Below are positions 7,627-17,600 of a stretch of DNA of 63,868 bases, one piece after another. The notes under the pieces are model-generated. The model saw nothing but the letters and a program-made list of their open reading frames with translations. It was not told the DNA's origin and did no database searches. The translations under genes and the position numbers were made by a program. Origin of the DNA: Bacteroidales bacterium (lineage in GTDB: Bacteria > Bacteroidota > Bacteroidia > Bacteroidales > PUMT01); contig SLKJ01000006.1 of assembly GCA_007134675.1 (NCBI GenBank), positions 1 to 63,868 of the forward strand, written 5' to 3'. Within the stretch, counting starts at the first letter, position 1. Each line of letters starts with the position of its first letter.

Positions 7627-8963
7627 TATATGACTCCCTGATCGAGCATGGCATTTGCAACTTTCATGAATCCTGCAATATTTGCTCCTTTCATGTAGTT
7701 TACATAACCATCAGTTTCTTTTCCGTATTTTACGCATGACTCATGAATATTTTTCATGATCAGGTGAAGTTTTTCCTCAACCTCTTCAGCGGTCCAGTTC
7801 AGCTTCATGGCATTCTGGGTTTGCTCAAGTCCGGAGGTTGATACACCACCTGCATTTGCAGCTTTACCAGGCCCGTAGAGGATTTTATTTTCAATGAAAA
7901 CCTCTATCGCTTCAGGAGTTGATGGCATATTGGCACCTTCAGTAACGCAAAGACAGCCATTTTTTACCAGATTTTCCGCATCATTATGGTCAAGCTCATT
8001 CTGAGTGGCACAGGGAAGAGCTATGTCGCATTTTACCTCCCACGGTCGTTTACCCTCATAAAACTGTGCATTTGGGAACTCATATGAATAAGGTTTCGCA
8101 ATGTCCTGGTTTGAGGCTCTGAGCTCCAGCAGATAATCAATTTTTTCTCCTGTAATCCCATCAGGATCGTAAATGTACCCATCCGGACCGGAGATGGTAA
8201 CAACTCTGGCTCCAAGCTCGTTAGCTTTGATAATGGCGCCCCATGCAACGTTACCGAATCCTGAAACAGTTACTATTTTCCCTTTAAAAGATTCTCCCCT
8301 TGTCTTCAGCATCTCCTGCGCAAAAAAAACTGTGCCGAAACCAGTGGCTTCGGGCCTGATCAGACTTCCACCCCAGTTTCTGCCTTTTCCCGTCAGCACA
8401 CCGGTATGCTCTCCCGCAAGTTTTTTGTAAGTGCCGAACAGATAACCAATCTCTTTTCCTCCAACACCAATGTCACCGGCAGGTATGTCTGTATCAGGAC
8501 CTATAATCTTCCAGAGTTCAAGCATATAGGACTGACAGAAGCGCATAATCTCGGCGCTTGATTTTCCCTTCGGATTAAAGTCCGATCCCCCTTTGGCACC
8601 TCCCATCGGGAGGGTTGTGAGAGAATTCTTGAAAACCTGTTCAAAGCCCAAAAATTTGAGAATGCTCAGGTTAACGCTCGGATGGAAACGAAGGCCCCCC
8701 TTGTATGGACCGATAGCATTATTGAACTGAATTCTGTAGCCAATATTAACATGTGCCTGTCCCTGATCATCAACCCAGGGTATTTTAAAGGTAAGGACCC
8801 TGTCAGGTTCTATAAGGCGCTCAATTATTGCTGCCGACTCAAACTGTGGGTTCTGATTGTAAATTTCCTCAATTGATTCGAGCACCTCTCGAACTGCCTG
8901 GAGATATTCCAGTTCTCCCGGATGCTTCTTCTCCAGGTCGATTATTAATTTGTCTACATTCAT
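7626..8963 (-). CDS. Glutamate dehydrogenase, second paralog (NAD-type-like fingerprint)
   Basis: 445 aa with the same GDH motifs as 4996-6336. The dinucleotide fold reads VSGFGNVAWGA...ISGPDGYIYDPDGI, as I recall for Clostridium symbiosum NAD-GDH. Confidence 0.9.
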   Translation of the reverse strand: MNVDKLIIDLEKKHPGELEYLQAVREVLESIEEIYNQNPQFESAAIIERLIEPDRVLTFKIPWVDDQGQAHVNIGYRIQFNNAIGPYKGGLRFHPSVNLSILKFLGFEQVFKNSLTTLPMGGAKGGSDFNPKGKSSAEIMRFCQSYMLELWKIIGPDTDIPAGDIGVGGKEIGYLFGTYKKLAGEHTGVLTGKGRNWGGSLIRPEATGFGTVFFAQEMLKTRGESFKGKIVTVSGFGNVAWGAIIKANELGARVVTISGPDGYIYDPDGITGEKIDYLLELRASNQDIAKPYSYEFPNAQFYEGKRPWEVKCDIALPCATQNELDHNDAENLVKNGCLCVTEGANMPSTPEAIEVFIENKILYGPGKAANAGGVSTSGLEQTQNAMKLNWTAEEVEEKLHLIMKNIHESCVKYGKETDGYVNYMKGANIAGFMKVANAMLDQGVI

Positions 8964-9150
8964 GATTGGGATTTTTTAAGTTGTTTTTCGAATTTTTACC
9001 AGAAGTCTTAAATTAAATGAAAACAGAGAAGATAGCTTATGATTTTCCTCATGGGAATCAATGACTTTTCTCATTAATATCAAAAGTAAGTGCCTCTTTA
9101 TATGCTGGTTAATGAATTTATTGAATCCGGATGTGATGGATAATTCGCTT

Positions 9151-9645
9151 TTACCCACCGACCTGGCCTGCCAGGATCAGCTTCTGAAGGGATGCTGTCA
9201 ATTTCTCCTTATCCTGTCTGCTGAGGGCAGTAATGCTTACCGGAGGATATTTGGCAACTCCTCTGCTGGTTTGCCGGTAAATGATTATACTTTGCCTGAA
9301 TCCTAAAAGTGATCTTTTCAGCTCATATTTGTGCAGTTCCTTTTTATTGAACTCAATAGATTTTTTTTTGTCTGTCAGGGGCCGGAGACTGAAATAGCGA
9401 AGAATAATTTTATTACCCATATCAGAGTAATATATATAATTATGGTCTCGCAGAATATGATAAAGAAAAAATAAAATGAACATGCCGACTATAAATCCTG
9501 CAATCTGGTCCATGTCAAAACCAAATGCGCCATGTGCAAGTATATTGGTAAAATAGATCAAACCTACTGCAATTACAAGTATCAGAAGCGCAATGGTTTT
9601 TTGGATTTTAAGGGCTACTGCCTGCTTTTGATTGTTAATTACCAT
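9151..9645 (-). CDS. Hypothetical membrane protein (2 TM plus a small soluble domain)
   Basis: 164 aa. Overlaps the upstream proline dehydrogenase gene by 11 nt. No recognised motif. Confidence 0.55.
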   Translation of the reverse strand: MVINNQKQAVALKIQKTIALLILVIAVGLIYFTNILAHGAFGFDMDQIAGFIVGMFILFFLYHILRDHNYIYYSDMGNKIILRYFSLRPLTDKKKSIEFNKKELHKYELKRSLLGFRQSIIIYRQTSRGVAKYPPVSITALSRQDKEKLTASLQKLILAGQVGG

Positions 9646-10855
9646 CTTTTTTATTTTTTGATGTTTTCCTTCTTTTTATCTCGCGTTTGATAAAGTGCAG
9701 TTCCCTTCCTGCCTGTCCGGTTACCGACTTGTTTTCTTCCGCCCGTCTTATAAGGTATGGAATCAGATACCGTACAGGTCCGTAAGGAAGATATTTGGCC
9801 ACATTGAATGAATGGGCCGCCATATTGAAACTTATATGATCACTCATACCATAAAGTTGTGAAACATATACGCGTGTATTGTTTTTCCGGATTTTTTTTG
9901 ATTTCATCAGGTTCATCAGCAGCAAAAGGCTCTCTTCATTATGAGTGCCGGCAAAAAGGTTTATTCTGTTTATATTTTCAAGGCAGATTTCAATTGCCAG
10001 GTTAAATGCTTTATCCGTACTTTGTTTGTCCGGGTATATGGGAGAAGGATATCCCATTTTCAGCGCGCGTTCCCGTTCCTGTTCCATATAGGCACCGCGA
10101 ACAAGTTTCAGGCCAAGATGATACTTTTTCTCTTTTGCAATATTGATGCAATCCCTCAAAAAATCAAGCCTGTCGTGGCGGTACATTTGAAGGGTATTAA
10201 AAACTATTGCTTTCTCTTTGTTGTAAAGCTCCATCATTTCCATCACCAGGCTGTCGACAATATCCTGGAGGTAACTTTCTTCAGCATCTATCATCACGGG
10301 GATTCTCTTTTCGTAAGCAGATTGGCAGAGGTCTCTGATGTTTTGCCTGAATTTTTCTTTGTCGCTTTCGCGGAATGAAATTGCGGAATATTTTTTGTTA
10401 TTATCATCTGGGGAGGGCGGGATATATTGGGCTGCCGCTGATAGAAAACGGACCGGTGCAATGGCTGTTGGTTTAAATACGGTAAAAGGGACGGAGCTTG
10501 TTTCATTGGCCAGCTTCATCGTTCTCTTTATCTCATGCATAACAGATTCTATCTGGTCGTCAGATTCTTGATTTTCAGCCGCAAAATCAAGTACAGACTC
10601 AACCTTGAACTTTGAAAGCCTGTCAATCACATTACGACATTCCTCTATTGTTTCTCCTCCGCAAAAATGGCTGAATATTGTCGGTTTTACAATCCATCTT
10701 AGAGGAATATTCAGGTGAATGGCAACATTGGCTAATTTACCTGAAAGCCCTACAAGTAAAGGATATGACATAAGTCTAAAGAGCGCTGATGCTTTTCGGA
10801 GCTCCTTATTTGTTTTTAATCTAAATGCAGTTTCTGTATTTTGAAATATTTGCAT
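9635..10855 (-). CDS. Proline dehydrogenase (stand-alone PRODH)
   Basis: 406 aa. TIM-barrel PRODH pattern (LDFAAE, KLVRGAYM, GTHNEESL, QLYGM). No fused P5C dehydrogenase domain. Confidence 0.85.
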   Translation of the reverse strand: MQIFQNTETAFRLKTNKELRKASALFRLMSYPLLVGLSGKLANVAIHLNIPLRWIVKPTIFSHFCGGETIEECRNVIDRLSKFKVESVLDFAAENQESDDQIESVMHEIKRTMKLANETSSVPFTVFKPTAIAPVRFLSAAAQYIPPSPDDNNKKYSAISFRESDKEKFRQNIRDLCQSAYEKRIPVMIDAEESYLQDIVDSLVMEMMELYNKEKAIVFNTLQMYRHDRLDFLRDCINIAKEKKYHLGLKLVRGAYMEQERERALKMGYPSPIYPDKQSTDKAFNLAIEICLENINRINLFAGTHNEESLLLLMNLMKSKKIRKNNTRVYVSQLYGMSDHISFNMAAHSFNVAKYLPYGPVRYLIPYLIRRAEENKSVTGQAGRELHFIKREIKRRKTSKNKKDGN

Positions 10856-11040
10856 TTACTTTGATCAATCTGAGTTATTTTTGCCGTCCGGAGATATTTT
10901 TGTGTTTCACAATTATATAAAATTTCTGAGGACAGGTGCCACCTGAGCATCAAAAATAAATAATGAATATAATAATTATTGCAACATTATTAAATAAATA
11001 AGGTAAAAGAATAGTTCAGTATATAAAATATTCCGCGATT

Positions 11041-11622
11041 ATGTATGAATTCATATCAGGTAATATCACCGAAATTACCCCGGCCCATATTGTCGTTGAA
11101 AATGATGGTATCGGCTATTTTATAAACATTTCACTTAATACCTATTCAGCGGTCAGCGGTAAACAGACTTCAAAGGTATTTCTGCACCATATTGTCAGAG
11201 AAGATGCACATCTTCTGTTTGGTTTTGCTGACAGGGAAGAGAGGAACCTTTTCAGGCTGCTTATAACTGTATCGGGTATAGGTGCAAATACAGCCAGACT
11301 GATGCTTTCTTCCTTAACTCCCGATGAGATCCGGAAGGCCATCGCAGGTGGGAATGCAGATACGTTAAAAGGGGTTAAGGGAATAGGGTTAAAATCGGCC
11401 CAGAGAATAATAGTTGATCTCAAGGACAAACTGGGTAAACTGGCAGGAAGTGAAGAAATATTTGCTTTAACAGACAATACCGTCAAAGAAGAATCGTTAT
11501 CAGCATTAATAATGCTGGGATTCCCCAGAAACCCTGTCGAAAAGGTAATCAACCGCTTATTGGCTGATTGTGAAATTACATCTGTAGAAGATTTGGTAAA
11601 GAGGGCTTTGAAGGAACTCTAG
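11041..11622 (+). CDS. ruvA: Holliday junction DNA helicase subunit RuvA
   Basis: 193 aa. MYEFISG...GIGY start and HhH motifs (VSGIGANTA, VKGIGLKSAQRII). Confidence 0.92.
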   Translation: MYEFISGNITEITPAHIVVENDGIGYFINISLNTYSAVSGKQTSKVFLHHIVREDAHLLFGFADREERNLFRLLITVSGIGANTARLMLSSLTPDEIRKAIAGGNADTLKGVKGIGLKSAQRIIVDLKDKLGKLAGSEEIFALTDNTVKEESLSALIMLGFPRNPVEKVINRLLADCEITSVEDLVKRALKEL

Positions 11623-11634
11623 ATAATAATCTTA

Positions 11635-14600
11635 TTGGCTTTCCTATTGGTTAAAACATCTAAATATTCCGGAATATCTTTTTGGGTATTGTTGTTTTTG
11701 GCTTTTATCCTGACCTCGGTCGCGTCAGCCAGATTCGATGAGCCGGAATATTTTTTTGGAGAACCTGAATACAAAAAGGAGTCAGAAATAAATATGCGGG
11801 AGGCTCATCAGCCTCAGCTGCAGGATCGCCCTGAATCAGGAAGTATCCCGTTACCACCCCATTTCAGGATCATAACCGAATACGATATTACAACCAATTC
11901 CTACCTTTTGCGCCGAAAGGCTGGAGAAATTGAAATTGGCCGCCCCGGCGTCATGAGCTTTGAAGAATACAGGCAGTACAGTCTGGAAAATTCCATGAAT
12001 GAATACTGGCAGCAGCGTGCAAGAGGTGAGTTGGCGGACAGAAGAGATGAATTTATTCCAGGGTTGTCACTTGGCGTGGATGCCCTGGATATGATCTTCG
12101 GCAGTGATGTTGTCAACATACAGCCACAGGGTTCAGCCGAATTGATTTTTGGGATCAACACCGTAAAAAATGAAAGGCCGGATATTCAGGAAGAACTGAG
12201 GCGTACCACCACTTTTGATTTTCAGGAGAAGATTCAGATGAATGTTACCGGCACAATCGGCGACAAGGTCAGCCTCGGGATCAATTACAATACCGAGGCA
12301 ATGTTTGAGTTCGAAAACCAGACAAAACTGGAGTATACCGGTAGTGAGGATGAAATAATTCAGCGGATAGAAGCCGGCAATGTTACCCTTCCGTTGCCGG
12401 GATCTCTGATTACAGGGAGTCAGAGCCTTTTTGGTCTGAAGACTGAATTACGTTTCGGAAATCTGACTGTTACCAGTGTCCTGTCGCAGCAAAAGGGTGA
12501 GTCTTCCTCCATAGAGGTTCGCGGGGGAGCTCAGACACAGGATTTCGAAGTGTTTGCCGATGAATATGATGCGAACAGACATTTTTTTCTTGCTCAGTAT
12601 TTCAGGGATACATATGAAGCATCCCTTCAGAACCTGCCCGTGATCACCTCTGGCATTAACATTACCAGGGTTGAGGTATGGGTCACCAATAAAACCAATA
12701 ATTTTGAAAATTCCAGGAATATTGTTGCCTTCATGGATCTGGCCGAGAGTCAGGAAAATATTTTTTCAGGTATTTTCAGCCAGGATATGTCCCAACCCGG
12801 CAAGCATCCCCGTAACTCCCTGAACAATCTGTATGAAATGATGACCACTGCCTATGCAGGCATCAGGAACATCAATCAGGTAACAACCACCCTTCAGCCG
12901 CTGAGGCCGGATTTTATCGTTGGTCAGGATTATGAGGAGATTGAGAATGCAAGAAAACTCTCCTCAAGGGATTATAACCTCAATTCCAGGCTTGGTTATA
13001 TATCGCTCAATACTGCTCTGAATGCTGATGAAGTTCTTGCCGTGGCTTTCGAATATACAATGGGGGGAGAGACATACAGGGTCGGGGAGTTCTCCAATGA
13101 GGGTATAACAGCACCAGAAGCACTGATAGTCAAGCTTCTCAAAGGTACCAATCTTACGCCAAGGCTGCCTACCTGGAAACTGATGATGAAAAATGTTTAT
13201 TCTATTGGTGCATGGCAGCTAAACCGGAGGGATTTCGTTCTTAACGTCCTGTATCAGGATGACCAGACCGGAAATGCACTGAATTATATCCCTGCAGGAA
13301 GGATACAGGAGCTGACTCTGCTCAGGGTTATGAACCTTGATAACATGAACTCGCAACTTGACCCTTATCCTGACGGCTCATTTGATTTTCTTGAGGGTAT
13401 AACGATAAATTCTTCCACTGGTCGAATAATTTTTCCGGTGCTTGAGCCTTTCGGATCACATCTGAGACGGAAAATAGGAGATGATGCTATAGCCGACAGA
13501 TATGTGTTCCAGGAGCTATATGACTCAACGCAGACAATTGCACGCCAGATTGCAGAGAAAAACAAGTTCATGCTTGCCGGTACGTACCAGTCCTCTGTCG
13601 GTTCAGAAATACCCCTGAATGCAATGAATGTACCGAGGGGATCGGTAATTGTTACCGCCGGAGGTATTCAGCTTACCGAGAATATTGACTACACGGTAGA
13701 TTATACCCTGGGAAGGGTCCAGATAATCAATGACGGATTGCTTGAGTCGGGAACTCCCATCAGAATTTCGCTTGAAAGCCAGTCGCTTTTCAATATCCAG
13801 ACAAAGACAATGGTCGGATCACATTTCAATTACCGCTTTTCCGATGATTTCAATGTCGGGGCTACCATCCTTAACCTGACAGAGCGACCTCTTACCCAGA
13901 AAGTGGGTTTTGGTGATGAACCGATATCAAACACAATCTGGGGACTTAATACCTCCTGGCGTACTGAGTCACGTTTTCTTACCAATATGATTGACAGATT
14001 ACCGTTTATCCAGACAAGTGCGGTTTCAAACATCTCGTTCCAGGGAGAATTTGCTCATCTTATCCCGGGTCACTCACGGGCCCTGGGAAGTGCAGGGGTA
14101 TCATATATAGATGATTTTGAGGCGACCAAGACAACCATAGATCTGAAGATGCCCAGTGCATGGGTTATATCCAGCACACCTGAAGGCCAGGAACTGTTCC
14201 CTGAATCGGCTCTTTCAAATGATCTTGCCTACGGATACAACCGGGCCCTGCTGGCCTGGTACGTGATAGACCCGCTTTTTCTCAGGAATACTTCTGCAAC
14301 ACCTGCCCACATAAGAGAAAACCCCGATCTGATATCGAGCCATTTCGTCAGGGAGGTTTTTGAAAGAGAGCTCTTCCCTGCCAGGGAAACACCAAGTGGG
14401 GTCCCCACAAACATTCCTGTGTTGAATCTTGCTTATTATCCGAAGGAAAAAGGCCCTTATAATTATGATGTTCAGGCATCTACATATTCTGCCGGGATAG
14501 ATGCCGAAGGCCGGTTGCTTAACCCGGCCAGCCGCTGGGGAGGAATCATGCGGTCATTGTACACGACCGATTTTGAAGCTGCAAACATTGAGTATGTGGA

Positions 14601-17600
14601 ATTCTGGCTGATGGACCCTTTTATTGAGCATGCAGAAGATTACAGGGGAGGGGACTTTTACATAAATCTCGGAAATGTTTCTGAAGACATTCTGAAAGAC
14701 GGAAGGAAGAGTTTTGAAAATGGTTTGCCAATAAGCGAAGATGTGACAAATGTCGACACTACCGCATGGGGCCGGGTCCCAACCCAGCAGTCTCTTGTAA
14801 ATGCCTTCGACGATAATCCCAAGGCCAGGGAGTTCCAGGATGTGGGACTTGATGGTTTGCGTACTGTTGATGAGCGTTCATTTTTTAGTGATTTTCTGGA
14901 TGAAATTGCACAAATATTTGGACAGGATTCACCTGCTTATCAAAATGCATGGAATGACCCTTCAAGTGATAATTATCGTTATTTCAGGGGCAGGGAATGG
15001 GATGCCGAAGGTGCCGATATACTCACAAGATACAAATATTATAACAACATGGAGGGGAACTCCCCTGCTTCAGAACAATCACCGGAATCATATCCTACAT
15101 CTGCAACCACACTGCCCAACACAGAAGATATAAACCGGGATAATACTCTTAACAAATCGGAAGCTTATTTTCAGTACCGTATCAGCATAAGGCCTGAAGA
15201 CCTCCGTGTAGGGCACAATTATGTAGTAGACTCAGTCCGTACTTCGGTCAAGTTTGAAAATGGAGAGCAGTCCTCTGTTAACTGGTACCAGTTCAGGGTC
15301 CCTTTGTCTGACTATGAGAGAGCTGTTGGTCCGATACAGGATTTCAAATCCATCCGTTTTGTACGTATGTTCCTTACCGGTTTTGAAGACCCGGTAGTTA
15401 TGAGGTTTGCTCGTCTTGACCTGGTCAGAAGTGACTGGCGACAATACAATTTTTCGTTGATGGAAGGGCAGGAGGGGTTGGCACATCCCGAAAAGATAAC
15501 GGGCACTTTTGATATTTCTGCTGTAAATATTGAAGAAGATGCCAGTAAAACGCCTGTGAACTATGTACTGCCTCCCGGGATCGACCGTGTAATTGACCCT
15601 GCCAACCCACAACTCCAGCAGCTCAATGAGCAGTCCATGTTACTTAAGGTTGAAAATCTTGAAGATGGTGATGCCAGGGCAGCATTTAAAAACCTGAATC
15701 TGGATATAAGACAATACAGAAGGATACAGATGGAGGTGCATGCAGCAGCTTTGCCAGGTGATGTTCTCAATGACGGCGATCTTACCATGTTTATCAGGCT
15801 GGGGACCGACTACAGGAATAATTATTATGAATATGAGATACCTCTGAGGGTAACCCCCCCGGGACGTTATGACAACAACAGAGATGGCGACAGACTGATT
15901 GTCTGGCCGGATGAGAACAGGCTTGATATTGAACTTGACATATTTCAACAACTTAAACAGTCCAGAGATCAGCAGAGGAACACTCCCGGATCAAATATTT
16001 CAGTCTCCACGGTGTTTTCGCAGATGGATGGTGAAAACCTGGTTAAAGTAGTTGGTAATCCTACCCTTAGTAACTTAAGAACAATGATGATAGGTGTCCG
16101 GAACCCAAGCCGTAATACTAATCCCCGGCAGGACGATGACGGATTGTCAAAGTCGGGCGAAATATGGGTTAATGAACTTCGGCTTACCAACTTCAACGAG
16201 GAAGGAGGATGGGCTGCAAATGCCAGACTCTCCGCAAGGCTGGCAGACCTTGGCTCTGTTACTTTTGCAGGCTCCACCAACCAGCCTGGGTTTGGCAGTA
16301 TTGAAAAGAAAGTAAATGAAAGGCAGCAGGAGCAGATAAATCAGTATGACATAGCTACCAACCTGGAACTTGGAAGATTCTTCCCTGAAGAATCAGGAGT
16401 TCGTATTCCATTGTATTTAGGTTATTCAGAAGGATTTATTAATCCAAAATATAATCCGGTCAACCCCGATGTACCCTTGAGTGATGCACTGGATGCTGCC
16501 CGGACAAGGAGCGAAAGAGACTCGATCAGGGATATAGCCCAGGACTACACCCAAAGAAAAAGCCTTAATCTGACCAATGTTCAGATATCAAGGCCTGGCG
16601 CCCCGCAAAGATTTTACAGTATCAGTAACTGGTCCCTCAATTATGCTTTCAGTGAGATGTTCGCGCGTAACATTAACACTGAATATCGTATTCAGCGTAA
16701 TTTCAGAGGAGGGTTGAACTACAACTATACCGCCCGGCCTGATAATATCGCCCCGTTCAGAGACTGGAGCATCTTCAGGTCTCCTGCATTAAGGATATTA
16801 AGGGATTTTAATTTTTACTACTCCCCCTCCTTTCTTTCTTTCCGGACCGACCTTGGCAGGCACTATCAAGCTGACCAGTTAAGGAATATCAATAACCCCG
16901 ATTTTCTTATATTACCAACCTATCAGAAAGATTTCCACTGGAACAGGTTTTATGATGTGAGGTTTGACCTGACCAGGCAACTCAGGCTTGAGTTTTCTGC
17001 CACCAATACAGCACGTATAGATGAACCTGAAGGGATAGTGGACAGGTACAGGGATCCTGACAGTTACCGGCAGTGGAGAGACTCTGTAATGATTAATCTC
17101 AGAAATCTCGGACGAACCACCCGGTACCACCATTCGGCAAATCTTACCTATACCCTTCCCCTTAACAAGATTCCATTTTTTAACTGGGTAAACATTACCG
17201 CAAGATATAATTCCACCTACGGCTGGGAAACAGGAATGATATTGCCTGATACAGTTGATATAAACCTGGGTAATGTAATAAGGAACAGCAACACTACTCA
17301 GCTCAACGGACAGTTTAACCTGGTGAACCTCTATAACAAGGTTGGATACTTCCAGAGGGTGAATCAAAGGAGCCGCCAGGCGCAGAGAGGTGCCGCTGTC
17401 CGGACCCGTGAGCGCGTGTTCAGGGATGTCACTTATGAGAGGGAAAATGTAAATTTCAGAGCAGAACAGACCCGCATTATCAACCATAATCTTAATACTT
17501 CTGACGTTGAGGTAAGTGTGACTGATGCCCAGGGCCAAACAGTCAGCGGGCGTACTGAGATTCTGAGTGAACGAAGGGCCAGTTTCACTCCTGAAGAAGA

